From contig CBEVQY010000002.1 of NCBI GenBank assembly GCA_965552135.1, positions 75,434-139,433 on the forward strand: a DNA stretch of 64,000 nucleotides, in the 5' to 3' direction. This document shows, piece after piece, positions 19,633 to 30,035 of the stretch. The notes beneath the pieces were generated by a model. The model was given only the letters and a program-made list of their open reading frames with translations. It had not been told where the DNA came from and did no database searches. This DNA is from an uncultured bacterium. GTDB taxonomy: Bacteria > UBP14 > UBA6098 > B30-G16. Position 1 is the first letter of the stretch. The number at the start of each line of letters is the position of its first letter. A program made the translations under genes and the position numbers.

Positions 19633-21267
19633 ATGTCGACCTACAGGAGGGTGCTTTTCGCAGTGCAGGCGCTTGCCCTCATCGCCTGCCTCGGGGCAGA
19701 AACGCTTGATCCGGTCAGGGTTTACATCGGCGAGAAAAGCGCGCCGCTTAGGACAAAAAGCGTCGTCGTCTTCCCTCAGGGAGCCGTCGTCGAACGCAGC
19801 GGGAAGATAAACATACCCGCCGGGGAGACCAAGATCGTAGTGAAGTATCTGCCGCAGCGCGTCGACGAAAACTCCATCCGCGTCGCAGTATCTGGAATCG
19901 CGGGCGGAGGCGTGGGCGGCGTCGAGGTCTTCCTCGACAAGTTCATCCCAAAGCCCATAAAGCAGCTCCGCGACTCGATCCAAAAGCTCGACGACAGACT
20001 CGACGAGCTCAAATCGGCAGAGGAGGGCATAAAGCTTCGGCAGAAGTTTTTGGAGTCGATCGCTTCCCTCGGCGGCGTTGAGCAGAGCCAAAGCAGGCTT
20101 TTGCTTTCGCCGCAGAACTTCGCCGCCACGGCGCGGTTCATCGAAAGCCAGTACGACGAGCTTATCGCCGCAAGCACGAAGATAAAGCGCGAGCGCCGCA
20201 GGGTGCAGGAGATAAGATCAAAGCTAAAGGAGCAGCTGGACAGGATGACGGGCGCAGTGCTGGGCAGGGGATATCGGGTCGAGGTACCTGTGTGGTCTTC
20301 GGGCGGCGCGGCTACGGTCGTTGTGCGCTATACCGTAAGCGGCGCAGGATGGACGCCCCAGTACGACGCAAAGTACGACGAAAAAACCGGCAAGGTCGAG
20401 CTCGTCTACTACGGAACGGTGTCGCAGAGCACGGGCGAGGACTGGAGCAAGGTCAAACTAACCCTCTCGACGACACAGCCCCGGGCTGGAACCGAGCCGC
20501 CTGAGCTTTCGATCTGGTATTTGCGCAAGCGCACTCCCCGCAGGCTCCCGCCCCGTCCGCGTGGCGCAGCGGCGCCGGTTATGAAGGAGGCGCTGGCGCT
20601 GGAAGCCGCATTCGAACCCGAGGTCACAGAAGCCGTGCGATACGGCGAGCGGATAGTCTTCGAGGTGCCGGGGCAAAAAACCGTCCCCGCCGACGGACAG
20701 GAACACAGACTCGTCGTCGCAAAATTAATGCTCGACGCCCGGAAAAAGTTCACAACTGTCCCGAAGCTCGACCCAAAGGTCTACGTCACGGCAAAGTGCA
20801 AAAACAGCTCGGACTACATCCTGCTTCCGGGAAAAGTCTCGGTCTTCCAGGGGAACGAGTTCGTCGGGACGCAGTGGATCAGGGAACCCATCGCCTTCGG
20901 CGAGGAGTTCACCGTCGCTATGGGACCCGTCAAACTCTTCGACGTCGAACGGAAAAGAACAAAGGAGTTCAGCGAGCGAACAGGAATAATCGGGCAGAAC
21001 AAAAGGGAACAGTTCACCTACGAGATAACAATATCCAACAACTCAGCCAAGCCCGCGACGGTCGAGGTCGTCGACCAGATCCCCGTATCCGCCGATGAGG
21101 ACATAAAGGTCGTCGACGTCCGCTTCGAACCCTCCCCCGACGAGACCGACAGGGACTTCGAAGGGCAACTCATCTGGTCGGTGGAGCTTGAGCCGAACCA
21201 AAAGAGGAGGATAACGTTTTCCTTCGCCGTCAAATATCCCAAAAACGTTGTGGTCGAAGGTCTTTAG
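19633..21267 (+). CDS. DUF4140/DUF4139 (mucoidy inhibitor MuiA-like) secreted protein
   Basis: V.VFPQGA.V.R, coiled coil, AGWTPQYD, QSTGEDW..V.LTLST, VVDQIPVS. Confidence 0.85.
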   Translation: MSTYRRVLFAVQALALIACLGAETLDPVRVYIGEKSAPLRTKSVVVFPQGAVVERSGKINIPAGETKIVVKYLPQRVDENSIRVAVSGIAGGGVGGVEVFLDKFIPKPIKQLRDSIQKLDDRLDELKSAEEGIKLRQKFLESIASLGGVEQSQSRLLLSPQNFAATARFIESQYDELIAASTKIKRERRRVQEIRSKLKEQLDRMTGAVLGRGYRVEVPVWSSGGAATVVVRYTVSGAGWTPQYDAKYDEKTGKVELVYYGTVSQSTGEDWSKVKLTLSTTQPRAGTEPPELSIWYLRKRTPRRLPPRPRGAAAPVMKEALALEAAFEPEVTEAVRYGERIVFEVPGQKTVPADGQEHRLVVAKLMLDARKKFTTVPKLDPKVYVTAKCKNSSDYILLPGKVSVFQGNEFVGTQWIREPIAFGEEFTVAMGPVKLFDVERKRTKEFSERTGIIGQNKREQFTYEITISNNSAKPATVEVVDQIPVSADEDIKVVDVRFEPSPDETDRDFEGQLIWSVELEPNQKRRITFSFAVKYPKNVVVEGL

Positions 21268-21289
21268 GCAAGGGCAAGGAGGTTTTGAT

Positions 21290-22030
21290 ATGCACCTTGT
21301 GGGCAGGGTAGCCATAGTGACGGGCGCCGGCAGGGGGATAGGCGCGTCGGTTGCCCGGCTTTTGGCGAGCCACGGCGCAAAGGTCGCCCTCGTCGACGTA
21401 AACGAAGAAGACCTCCAGAAGACGAAGTCGGAGATAAGCTCCTCGGGCGGCACAGCCGAGGCGTTTTTGTGCGACGTGTCGGACTGGGATGCGGTAAAGC
21501 GCACAGCAGACGCCGTAGTGAACCTGTGGGGGCGCATCGACATCCTCGTCAACAACGCGGGCATAACCAGGGATAACCTCATCGTGCGCCTCTCCCCCGA
21601 GGACTGGGACGCCGTCGTCGCCGTCAACCTCAAGGGGGCGTTCCTCTTCACCAAAGCCGTGGCGCGGCAAATGATGAAGCAAAGGTACGGGAAGATAGTC
21701 AACATCTCGTCGGTTGTGGGTCTTTCGGGCAACGCGGCGCAGGCAAACTACTCGGCGTCCAAGGCGGGGCTTGTCGGTCTTACTAAAAGCACCGCCAAAG
21801 AGCTTGGCGCACGCGGAATCCGATGCAACGCCGTAGCACCAGGCTTCATTGAAACGGATATGACCAAAAACCTCCCCGAAAGCGTGGTCAACGACTTCAT
21901 AAAGCAAACCCCCCTGGGTTATGCCGGCAAACCCGACGACGTTGCCCAGCTTGTTATGTTCCTCTGCTCGCCCGAAAGCGACTACATAACGGGCGAGGTT
22001 ATACGCATCGACGGCGGCATGGCGATGTGA
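21290..22030 (+). CDS. fabG: 3-oxoacyl-ACP reductase
   Basis: TGAGRGIG, NNAGITRD, NYSASKAG, APGFIETDMT; AGGAGG RBS. Confidence 0.93.
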   Translation: MHLVGRVAIVTGAGRGIGASVARLLASHGAKVALVDVNEEDLQKTKSEISSSGGTAEAFLCDVSDWDAVKRTADAVVNLWGRIDILVNNAGITRDNLIVRLSPEDWDAVVAVNLKGAFLFTKAVARQMMKQRYGKIVNISSVVGLSGNAAQANYSASKAGLVGLTKSTAKELGARGIRCNAVAPGFIETDMTKNLPESVVNDFIKQTPLGYAGKPDDVAQLVMFLCSPESDYITGEVIRIDGGMAM

Positions 22031-22031
22031 G

Positions 22032-24980
22032 ATGACACCCATAGACGAAACGCTCGACGCAGCCGTACTCGAGGTTGTGCGGCAAAGCCGCAAGCTGAAC
22101 GAGGCGCAGATAAGGGCATCAAGACCCGAGGGCTTCGTCCTCTCCTCAGCTGGTGCCGGAACGGGGAAGACGACCCTCCTTGCCGCGCGCTACCTCAGAC
22201 TTCTGGCGCAAGCAGCAAAAACGCAAAGCCCAGCCGAAGCCATAAGGTCAATCGCGGCTATGACCTTCACCGAGAAGGCGGCGGGCGAAATGACAGACAG
22301 AATAAGGGCGGATCTGCTCTCGCTCTCCGATGGGCTGGGCGAGGGGAGATGGTTTTCGCTCTACCGCCTTCTGGACTCGGCGAGGGTATCGACGATTCAC
22401 TCCTTCTGTCTCGAGCTTTTGCGGCGCTATCCGCTCGAAGCCGGACTCGACCCGGGCTTTTCGGTCAATCCGCTTGCGGCGCCAGTCGACGAGTACGTAA
22501 ACGACTTCCTCAACCACCTCGCCGCCGACCCCGAAGGGAGCGAGCTGCTACTTTCGACCATCAAGCTTATGTCCCGAAGGGCGCTTCGCGAAGCCCTGGC
22601 AGAGCTCTACCGAAAACGCCCGCTGGTGCACAGGCGCGCAAAGGAGCTTGCCGAATCCGACCCCGAACGCATCGCTGGGATATGGATGGATGAGCTCAAA
22701 CGAAACCCGCGCACCAAGAGAGCAGAAGATGAGGACCAGCGTGCTTTGGCGCTTGCGCGGGCAACCGTTGGGCTTGCGAGGCTATACCTTCGCCTCGATG
22801 AGTTCATCTGGCAGGGCTACGACCGCGCGGCAAATATTGACTTCGCCGACATACTCCTCCGCTTCAGGGACCTCCTGCAGCGCTTGGAAAGCTCGGCGCT
22901 TGCGGCAGAGCTACCAAAGCACATCCTCGTCGACGAGTTTCAGGACACATCGCCGCTGCAGTGGGAGATCATAAGGTCCCTTGCCGAGCGCGCACAAAGC
23001 GCCCTTTTTGTCGGGGACGAGAAGCAGTCGATCTACATGTTCCGCGGCGCCGACGTTACGGTCGTAAGGCGCGGCGAGGAGTTTGTGAAAAGCCGCGGCG
23101 GAAAGCCCGTCCCCCTCAAAACGAACTACAGAACGAAAAAGCGCCTCCTGGAGCTTTTAAACAAAATCTTCTCCCACGACAAAAACTTCGGCTCAGCCCA
23201 ACGCGATTTCGAGGCTCGCCCGCAGCCGCTTGTGTCGGGTGCAGGAGACGGCGGCGAGCTTTGGCTTGTGGAGGTAGAAATCCCCGAAAGCGGCCAGCAG
23301 AAGGCGCCGAAGTGGCAATACGTAGTCGAAGCGACGTGCAGGTTCGTAAGGGCAGCCACCTGCGGCGAACTTGCTGGCTGCAAAAGGATCCCCGCGGGCG
23401 AAATACTCGTCCTTGCCCGAAAGCGCAATGAAGTCTTCGAGATCGTTCGCATGCTGCGGGAGGGCGGAGTGCGAGCCATCCCCCTCGCCGAATCGGGGCT
23501 CTTCGAAACCACGGAGGTGAAAACGCTCCTTTGCCTGCTCGAGTTCTTGGATGACCCGCGGCGAAACGGCGCACTCGCGTTCGTGCTCACCTCGAGGGCG
23601 TTCGGCGTATCAGAAGACGAGCTTGCCGCCGTATCCGAAGCCCCCGGCGCCACCCTGTGGGAAAAACTTTGCGCAATCTGCCAAAATAAAACGGACGAAG
23701 GCAGACCCTGCAGGGCTTTCCTCGTCATCGATGACCTCATCTCCCGCCGCGAAGAGCCCGCAGATCGCCTCCTCGAGCGCTTCCTGGGGTCCTCCGACAT
23801 CTTCCCCGCACTCTGCGGAGGGGACTACGACGTTGCGCCCGGGAACATGCTGCGCTTTTTGGGGATAGTCCGTCGGCTTGTGCGCGGTGAGGGCGCAAAC
23901 CTGCACGACCTCGTCCGCGCGCTGCGCGCAATGGCAGAAGAAAACGCAGTGGGACTTGCACCGCCAAAACAGGCTGCCGACTTCGTCAGGGTAAGCACAA
24001 TACATTCCGCCAAGGGTCTGCAGGCGGATACCGTTGTCGTCGTCGACCCGCTTGAGAGGGTGGGATCCCGCGACAGGATAATCCTCGCCGACCTGCCCCT
24101 CGAAGGTGCCGGCGAAACGACCTGGCAAGGATTCATCCCTAAACTAAGCGGCACCAGAAAGCCAAAAATTCAAGAAGAAATCCTCAAAAAAAGCGAAACC
24201 CCCAAGAGGGAAGCGGAGTACACAAGGCTTATGTACGTAGCCTTCACGCGCGCGAAGGAGCGCTTGGTCCTTGTGGGTGCGAAGGAAGGGTCGAAGCTTG
24301 GCAACAGCTTTTTCTCCAAAACGTTTGCCGCACTGGCGGACCTGCTCGACGGGGACCCACCCGAGGGCGTCGTGTACATAAAGGCGTCCGAGATCACTGC
24401 TCCGCCGCCCGAGGAAAGGCAGCCGAAGCCGAGGAGGGCTGCCGGCAAAGACCTCTCCGAGCCCATCCTGTGGGGTGCACCGAAGACGCAGAGCGTCACC
24501 GACTTCGTCGAGTCCGAGATGCTCCCCACTCGCGGTAAAGCCGCGCAGCCATCGGGCATCGGCTTCGGGCAGCTTGTGCACAAACTCCTCTCCTTCGCAC
24601 CGTTCGAAAGCGCCTCCGAGGCGAAAAGGACCGCCGAAAGGATCGCCCCGGGCGAGCCACGGCTCTCGAAACTCGCGGCGACCTTCGCCGAAAGCGAGTT
24701 CAACAAAATCCTCTTGCGCCACAAGGGAAGAATCCTGAAGGAGGTTCCCATCTGGTTTCGCGAGGGTGAGGACCTGCTGCTCTACGGCGTGGTCGACGTA
24801 GTGCTGCCCGATATCCCCGCGGTCTGCGACTATAAAACCGGTGCCCCACGCCCCTCCGACAAGCGCCAGATAGAGCTCTACCGCCGGGGCGTGGCAAAAA
24901 GCCTCGGCATCGCCGAAGACGAAGTCAAGGCTTGGATCGTAAGGGTATCGGAGGAGAAGGTAGTGCACGAGGAGGTGTAA
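22032..24980 (+). CDS. addA: UvrD-family helicase with C-terminal PD-(D/E)XK nuclease (AddA/RecB-like)
   Basis: AGAGTGKT, TFTEKAA.EM, STIHSFC, VDEFQDTS, VGD.KQSIY.FRGA, TIHSAKGL, YVAFTRAK; nuclease GVVD...DYKTG. Confidence 0.85.
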   Translation: MTPIDETLDAAVLEVVRQSRKLNEAQIRASRPEGFVLSSAGAGTGKTTLLAARYLRLLAQAAKTQSPAEAIRSIAAMTFTEKAAGEMTDRIRADLLSLSDGLGEGRWFSLYRLLDSARVSTIHSFCLELLRRYPLEAGLDPGFSVNPLAAPVDEYVNDFLNHLAADPEGSELLLSTIKLMSRRALREALAELYRKRPLVHRRAKELAESDPERIAGIWMDELKRNPRTKRAEDEDQRALALARATVGLARLYLRLDEFIWQGYDRAANIDFADILLRFRDLLQRLESSALAAELPKHILVDEFQDTSPLQWEIIRSLAERAQSALFVGDEKQSIYMFRGADVTVVRRGEEFVKSRGGKPVPLKTNYRTKKRLLELLNKIFSHDKNFGSAQRDFEARPQPLVSGAGDGGELWLVEVEIPESGQQKAPKWQYVVEATCRFVRAATCGELAGCKRIPAGEILVLARKRNEVFEIVRMLREGGVRAIPLAESGLFETTEVKTLLCLLEFLDDPRRNGALAFVLTSRAFGVSEDELAAVSEAPGATLWEKLCAICQNKTDEGRPCRAFLVIDDLISRREEPADRLLERFLGSSDIFPALCGGDYDVAPGNMLRFLGIVRRLVRGEGANLHDLVRALRAMAEENAVGLAPPKQAADFVRVSTIHSAKGLQADTVVVVDPLERVGSRDRIILADLPLEGAGETTWQGFIPKLSGTRKPKIQEEILKKSETPKREAEYTRLMYVAFTRAKERLVLVGAKEGSKLGNSFFSKTFAALADLLDGDPPEGVVYIKASEITAPPPEERQPKPRRAAGKDLSEPILWGAPKTQSVTDFVESEMLPTRGKAAQPSGIGFGQLVHKLLSFAPFESASEAKRTAERIAPGEPRLSKLAATFAESEFNKILLRHKGRILKEVPIWFREGEDLLLYGVVDVVLPDIPAVCDYKTGAPRPSDKRQIELYRRGVAKSLGIAEDEVKAWIVRVSEEKVVHEEV

Positions 24981-25001
24981 GCTCTCCTTTCGATTTATGC
25001 C

Positions 25002-25031
25002 TTGACAACGTCCGCGGGCGGGGCGATATTT
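25002..25031 (+). promoter_or_regulatory. Putative sigma70 promoter of the PLP-lyase/cobO/ald operon
   Basis: TTGACA at 25002-25007 with a weak -10 (GATATT/TATTTC) 17-19 bp downstream. Confidence 0.4.
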
Positions 25032-25083
25032 CATCGCCTTGCGGCGGCGTGGAAGGGGGAAAGGTGAAGCCAGGAGGGTCTTT

Positions 25084-26268
25084 ATGCGCATCGACACGAA
25101 GGTCGTCGTTGGCAAAGGCAGAGAGTACGACAAGCAGACGATGGCGATAGTTCCGCCGCTTTACTTTTCGGCGGTTTACGCCTTCGAGAGCGCGGAGCAC
25201 GGCGCAAAGCTCTTCGAGGGCGAGCAGGAAGGATACATCTACACGAGGCTCGGCAACCCGACGCTGCGCGAGCTCGAGGAGAAGATGGCTTTCTTAGAGG
25301 GTGGCGAAGCCGCCGCCGCAATGGCATCTGGGATGGCAGCGATCTCGACGACGATACTCGCACTGTGCAACTCCGGCGACAACATCATCGTATCCTCACC
25401 GATATACGGCGGTACGTTTGCGCTGCTTGAGCGGCTTCTGCCCAAATGGGGCATCGAGGTCAGATGGGCTAAAGCCTCGGACTTCCCAAACGAGATCCGC
25501 CGCAAGGGGCTTGTGGACCAAAACACAAAGCTCATCCTCACCGAAACGCCAGCCAACCCAACGCTCGACATAGTCGACCTTGAGGAAACCGCAAAGCTCG
25601 GCAAGGAATACGGCATACCCACAGCCGTTGACACCACCTTCGCGACCTTCTACTTCCAGCGCCCGCTGGAGCTTGGGATAGACATCGTCATCTACAGCGC
25701 CACAAAGTACATCGGCGGACACAGCGACGCCGTGGGAGGGATAGTAATATCCTCGAAGGAGCTTATTCAGAAGATCAAGGACGAGACCGCCGCCGACCTC
25801 GGCGGCGTCATGAGCCCGATGAACGCCTTCCTCTTCCTGCGCGGGCTGCAGACGCTCGCTGTGCGGATGGAAAAGCACCAGGCAAACGCCATCGCCGTCG
25901 CAAGGTACCTCGAGGGGAAGGAGCAGGTGGAGCGCGTCTACTATCCGTTTTTGGAGAGCCATCCGCAGTACGACCTCGCGCGCCGGCAGATGAGCGGCGG
26001 CTCGGGAATGGTGACCTTCATACTCAAAGGCGGAAGGGAAGCGGGAAGAAAGTTCCTAAACGCTCTTAGGCTCTGCACTGTGGCCGTGAGCCTGGGCGCG
26101 GTGTGCACGCTCATCGAGCACCCTGCATCGATGACGCACTCCACATACACCGACGAAGAGCTCGCCGAGGCTGGAATCGACCAGGGGCTTATAAGGATAT
26201 CCGTAGGCATCGAGAACCCCGACGACATCATCGAGGACCTCGAGAGAGGTTTTGCCGCAATATCGTAA
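25084..26268 (+). CDS. Trans-sulfuration PLP enzyme (methionine gamma-lyase / cystathionine gamma-lyase family)
   Basis: YTRLGNPT, SGMAAI, ETPANP, SATKYIGGHSD, VSLG, HPASMTH, IRISVGIE. Confidence 0.9.
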   Translation: MRIDTKVVVGKGREYDKQTMAIVPPLYFSAVYAFESAEHGAKLFEGEQEGYIYTRLGNPTLRELEEKMAFLEGGEAAAAMASGMAAISTTILALCNSGDNIIVSSPIYGGTFALLERLLPKWGIEVRWAKASDFPNEIRRKGLVDQNTKLILTETPANPTLDIVDLEETAKLGKEYGIPTAVDTTFATFYFQRPLELGIDIVIYSATKYIGGHSDAVGGIVISSKELIQKIKDETAADLGGVMSPMNAFLFLRGLQTLAVRMEKHQANAIAVARYLEGKEQVERVYYPFLESHPQYDLARRQMSGGSGMVTFILKGGREAGRKFLNALRLCTVAVSLGAVCTLIEHPASMTHSTYTDEELAEAGIDQGLIRISVGIENPDDIIEDLERGFAAIS

Positions 26269-26269
26269 G

Positions 26270-26779
26270 ATGATCCAGATTTACACCGGCAACGGCAAGG
26301 GTAAGACCACAGCGGCGCTGGGGCAGGCACTCAGAGCCTGCGGACACGGAATGAAGGTCCTCATGATCCAGTTCATGAAGGGGGATATCGAGTACGGAGA
26401 GGTCAAGCTCGCCCCGAAGATCCCTGGCTTTGAGATAAAGCAGTTTGGCCTGCCGACCTTCGTGGAGAAGGGGAATCCCTCGCCCGAGGACCTGCGCCTC
26501 GCTCGCGAAGGGTTCGAATTCGCCCAAAGCGCGGTAAAAAGCGGAAAGTACGACATGGTAATCCTCGACGAGCTCAATGTTGCCATCGACTTCGGTCTTA
26601 TAGAGCTTTCCGACGTCCTGCGCCTGCTTGACGAGGCACCAAAGGAGCTTGAGATCGTCATAACCGGTCGCTACGCCCCACGCGAACTCGTCAAACGCGC
26701 CGACCTGGTAAGCGAAATCCTCGACATAAAACACCCATACCAAAGGGGACAGAAGGCAAGAAGGGGGATAGAATATTAG
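26270..26779 (+). CDS. cobO: Cob(I)yrinic acid a,c-diamide adenosyltransferase (CobO/BtuR)
   Basis: YTGNGKGKTTAA, QFMKG, ILDE, ITGR, KHPY..G..AR.GIEY. Confidence 0.92.
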   Translation: MIQIYTGNGKGKTTAALGQALRACGHGMKVLMIQFMKGDIEYGEVKLAPKIPGFEIKQFGLPTFVEKGNPSPEDLRLAREGFEFAQSAVKSGKYDMVILDELNVAIDFGLIELSDVLRLLDEAPKELEIVITGRYAPRELVKRADLVSEILDIKHPYQRGQKARRGIEY

Positions 26780-26796
26780 CTGGGAGGTTCGACGAG

Positions 26797-27882
26797 ATGG
26801 TCTTCGGCGTTCCCAAAGAGCTTCCGGTTTTCAAGACGATACCCGAGTGTCGGGTCAGCCTTTCGCCCGCGGGGGTCAAGGAGCTTGTTGAGCTTGGTGC
26901 GGACGTCTACGTCGAAAGCGGAGCTGGCGCAAACGCCGGATTCTCCGACACCGACTACGAGAACGCAGGCGCAAAGATAGTCTACTCCAAGGTCGAGGCT
27001 TACAAGCGCGCCGATGTCGTCGTCAAGGTCAAGCCGCCACAAGAGGAGGAGTACGACCTCATCCGCGAGGGGCAGGTGATAACCGCCTTCTTCCACCTCG
27101 TGACGGCGCCCAAGGAGCTTGTAAACGTCCTGCAGCAGAAAAAGACCACCGCCGTGGGCTACGAGATAATCCAAACCTCCGAAGGTGAGCTTCCCGTCGT
27201 CGTCCCGATGAGCGAAATAGCGGGGAAGCTCTCCGTGCAGATCGCGGGGAGGCTCCTGGAAAGCCCGAACAAGGGTCGCGGCATACTTCTGGGAGGGATC
27301 CCAGGCATACCGCCCGCGGAGGTGGTGATACTTGGCGCAGGCACCCTCGGAAGAACCGCCGCACGAAGCTTCGCAGGCATCGGCGCAAACGTCTACATCC
27401 TCGACATAAACCGCAAAAAGCTCGAAGACATCTTCCACCAGGAAAGCCCGAACATAACGACCCTTTTCGCCACGAAGCACTGCATCGAAAAGCTCGTCAA
27501 GTTCGCCGACGTCCTTGTGGGCGCAGTCCTCGTCCCCGGAAAACGGACCCCGGTGCTTGTGACGAAGGAGATGGTCTCGACGATGAAGAAGGGCTCGGTG
27601 ATAATCGACTTCTCCATCGACCAGGGCGGATGCGTCGAGACGAGCAAGATATCGCCCTGCGGTCAGTTCACCTACTCAGTCGACGGCGTCATACACTTCT
27701 GCATGCCGACGGCGACAACTCTTGTCGCCAGAACGGCAACCCACGCCCTCACGGGCGCAATAACGCCCTACCTTAAGGCAATCGCACAGTTCGGATTCGA
27801 AAAAGCGCTTGAGGTGTGTCCGGAGGTGGCGGAGGGGATTTACATAAAGGACGGAGAAATCACAAAGGAGTACCTAAAATGA
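26797..27882 (+). CDS. ald: Alanine dehydrogenase family protein
   Basis: GVPKE, E.RV, KVK, FHL, PMSEIAG, GAVLVPG, D.SIDQGGC. Confidence 0.82.
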   Translation: MVFGVPKELPVFKTIPECRVSLSPAGVKELVELGADVYVESGAGANAGFSDTDYENAGAKIVYSKVEAYKRADVVVKVKPPQEEEYDLIREGQVITAFFHLVTAPKELVNVLQQKKTTAVGYEIIQTSEGELPVVVPMSEIAGKLSVQIAGRLLESPNKGRGILLGGIPGIPPAEVVILGAGTLGRTAARSFAGIGANVYILDINRKKLEDIFHQESPNITTLFATKHCIEKLVKFADVLVGAVLVPGKRTPVLVTKEMVSTMKKGSVIIDFSIDQGGCVETSKISPCGQFTYSVDGVIHFCMPTATTLVARTATHALTGAITPYLKAIAQFGFEKALEVCPEVAEGIYIKDGEITKEYLK

Positions 27883-29174
27883 GCTGGCTTTCGGAGTACA
27901 AGCGCAAGCTTTGTAGCTTCGAGGAGGCGGTGTCGGTAGTAAAGAGCGGCGACAGGGTTTACATAAGCGGTAACGCCGCCACCCCGTTTGAGATTCAAGA
28001 GGCTCTTGCGCAGCGCAAGGACGAGCTGCGCGACGTCGAGGTTACCCACGTCCTCCTCTGGGGCGACGACCCCCTCTCAAAGCCCGAGATGGAAGGTCAC
28101 TTCCGGCACAACTCCCTCTTCGTCGGTCCCGGCGACAGAGCCGCAGTCAACGAAGGACGCGCAGACTACGTTCCCATATTCCTCTACGAAATCCCGAAGC
28201 TCTTCTACTCGGGCGAGATGCCTCTTGACGTCGCATTCGTCCACGTCTCACCGCCCGACGAGCACGGATTTATGAGCCTTGGCGTCGAGTGCCTCTGCTC
28301 GAAGGCTGCCGTGGAAACGGCTAAGACCGTCGTCGCACAGGTGAACGACCGCATGCCCCGAACGCTCGGCGACTCATTCATCCACATATCGCAGGTTGAC
28401 AAGATCGTCGAGGTGTCTCGCGACCTGCCGGAGCTCGTCCCCGCCGAATTCACCGAGTGCGAACGCAAGATCGGAGAGTACATAGCAGAGCTTGTGGAGG
28501 ACGGCTCCACGCTCCAGCTGGGGATAGGAGGAATCCCAAACGCCGCCCTGAAGGCAATGGAGGGCAAAAAGGACCTCGGCGTGCACACGGAGATGGTCTC
28601 CGACGGGATAATGGAGGCTATCGAGAAGGGCATCATCACCGGCGCAAGGAAAACCCTGCACCCCTACAAGGTCATAGCGACGTTTTTGTTCGGCACAAAG
28701 AAGCTGTATGAGTTTGCGCACAACAACCCCATCTTCGAGATACACCCAACCGACTACACCAACGACCCGTTCGTCATCGCCCAGAACGAGAAGATGGTTG
28801 CGATAAACTCTGCCATCGAGGTCGACATAACGGGTCAGGTTTGCTCGGACTCGATAGGTACGCGGATTTACTCGGGCTTTGGGGGTCAGGTCGACTTTAT
28901 CCGCGGCGCTGCGCGCTCGAAAGGCGGGAAGCCGATAATAGCTCTGCCCGCCACAGCCAAGGGAGGTAAGATCTCGAGGATCGTTCCTGTGCTGAAGCCC
29001 GGCGCGGGCGTTGTGACCACGCGCGCCGACGTCCACTACGTCGTCACCGAGTACGGCGTGGCATACCTCCACGGCAAGAACCTGCGCGAACGGGCGCGAG
29101 CACTCATAAACATAGCTGCGCCACAGTTCAGAGAGGAGCTCGAGCGCGCCGCAAAAGAACGAAACCTGATCTGA
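27879..29174 (+). CDS. Acetyl-CoA hydrolase/transferase (4-hydroxybutyrate CoA-transferase-like)
   Basis: LQLGIGGIPNA, GVHTEM, NSAIEVD..GQV, SGFGGQVDF.RGA, VVTEYG. Confidence 0.9.
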   Translation: MSWLSEYKRKLCSFEEAVSVVKSGDRVYISGNAATPFEIQEALAQRKDELRDVEVTHVLLWGDDPLSKPEMEGHFRHNSLFVGPGDRAAVNEGRADYVPIFLYEIPKLFYSGEMPLDVAFVHVSPPDEHGFMSLGVECLCSKAAVETAKTVVAQVNDRMPRTLGDSFIHISQVDKIVEVSRDLPELVPAEFTECERKIGEYIAELVEDGSTLQLGIGGIPNAALKAMEGKKDLGVHTEMVSDGIMEAIEKGIITGARKTLHPYKVIATFLFGTKKLYEFAHNNPIFEIHPTDYTNDPFVIAQNEKMVAINSAIEVDITGQVCSDSIGTRIYSGFGGQVDFIRGAARSKGGKPIIALPATAKGGKISRIVPVLKPGAGVVTTRADVHYVVTEYGVAYLHGKNLRERARALINIAAPQFREELERAAKERNLI

Positions 29175-29177
29175 GCT

Positions 29178-30035
29178 ATGCCCCAGGCGCCGCCGCGAGA
29201 GTACATCGAAAAGCTCGTACGCCTCGAGCTTGAAACAGACATAGGCGCAGGCGACGTAACAAGCTCCTCCGTCCTGCCAGAGGGCGCGAGGGCGGAAGGG
29301 GTCGTTCTGGCGAAGGCGGAGGGAGTGGTTGCAGGCATGCCCTTCGCCGAGGCGACGTTCAGGCTCCTTTCGGAGGACGTTGCGTTCGAGCCGCTCGTGT
29401 TCGACGGCGCGCGGGTCAAACCACACGATGTCCTGGCGCGGGTTCGTGGTCCTGCGCGGATGGTGCTTGCTGCCGAAAGAACGGCGCTCAACTTCCTGTG
29501 CCACCTGTCCGGCGTCGCAACCCTCACAAGGAGGTTCGTCGACGCCGTCGCGGGAACGAAGGCGAAGGTCCTCGACACGCGCAAGACGCTGCCGGGGCTG
29601 CGCCCGGCGCAGAAATACGCCGTCCGCTGCGGCGGTGGCGAAAACCACAGAATGGGGCTCTTCGACATGATCCTCGTGAAGGACAACCACATCGCCGCGG
29701 CAGGCGGGATAGAGAAGGCGCTCGATGCGCTCTTTGGGCGCGGAAAGCCAGAGCTTCCCGTCGAGGTCGAGGTCGCATCGCTCGGGGAGCTTGAGGTCGC
29801 GCTGAGATACCCGGTCGACAGGATCATGCTCGACAATTTTTCGCCCCGGCAGGTCGAGGAGGCGCTTGCGCTTCGCGAAAGGCTTGGCAAAGACGTGCCG
29901 TTTGAGTGCAGCGGCGGGATAACCCTCGAAAACGTCCGCGCGTACGCGGAAACGGGGGTGGAGTACATCTCCATCGGTGCGCTGACGCACTCGGCGCCCC
30001 AGCTCGATATATCGCTTGAGCTGCGGATAAGCTAA
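29178..30035 (+). CDS. nadC: Quinolinate phosphoribosyltransferase
   Basis: ERTALN, DTRKT.PG.R, HRMGL.D..LVKDNH, EVEV, IMLDN, SGG, S.GALTHS. Confidence 0.95.
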   Translation: MPQAPPREYIEKLVRLELETDIGAGDVTSSSVLPEGARAEGVVLAKAEGVVAGMPFAEATFRLLSEDVAFEPLVFDGARVKPHDVLARVRGPARMVLAAERTALNFLCHLSGVATLTRRFVDAVAGTKAKVLDTRKTLPGLRPAQKYAVRCGGGENHRMGLFDMILVKDNHIAAAGGIEKALDALFGRGKPELPVEVEVASLGELEVALRYPVDRIMLDNFSPRQVEEALALRERLGKDVPFECSGGITLENVRAYAETGVEYISIGALTHSAPQLDISLELRIS

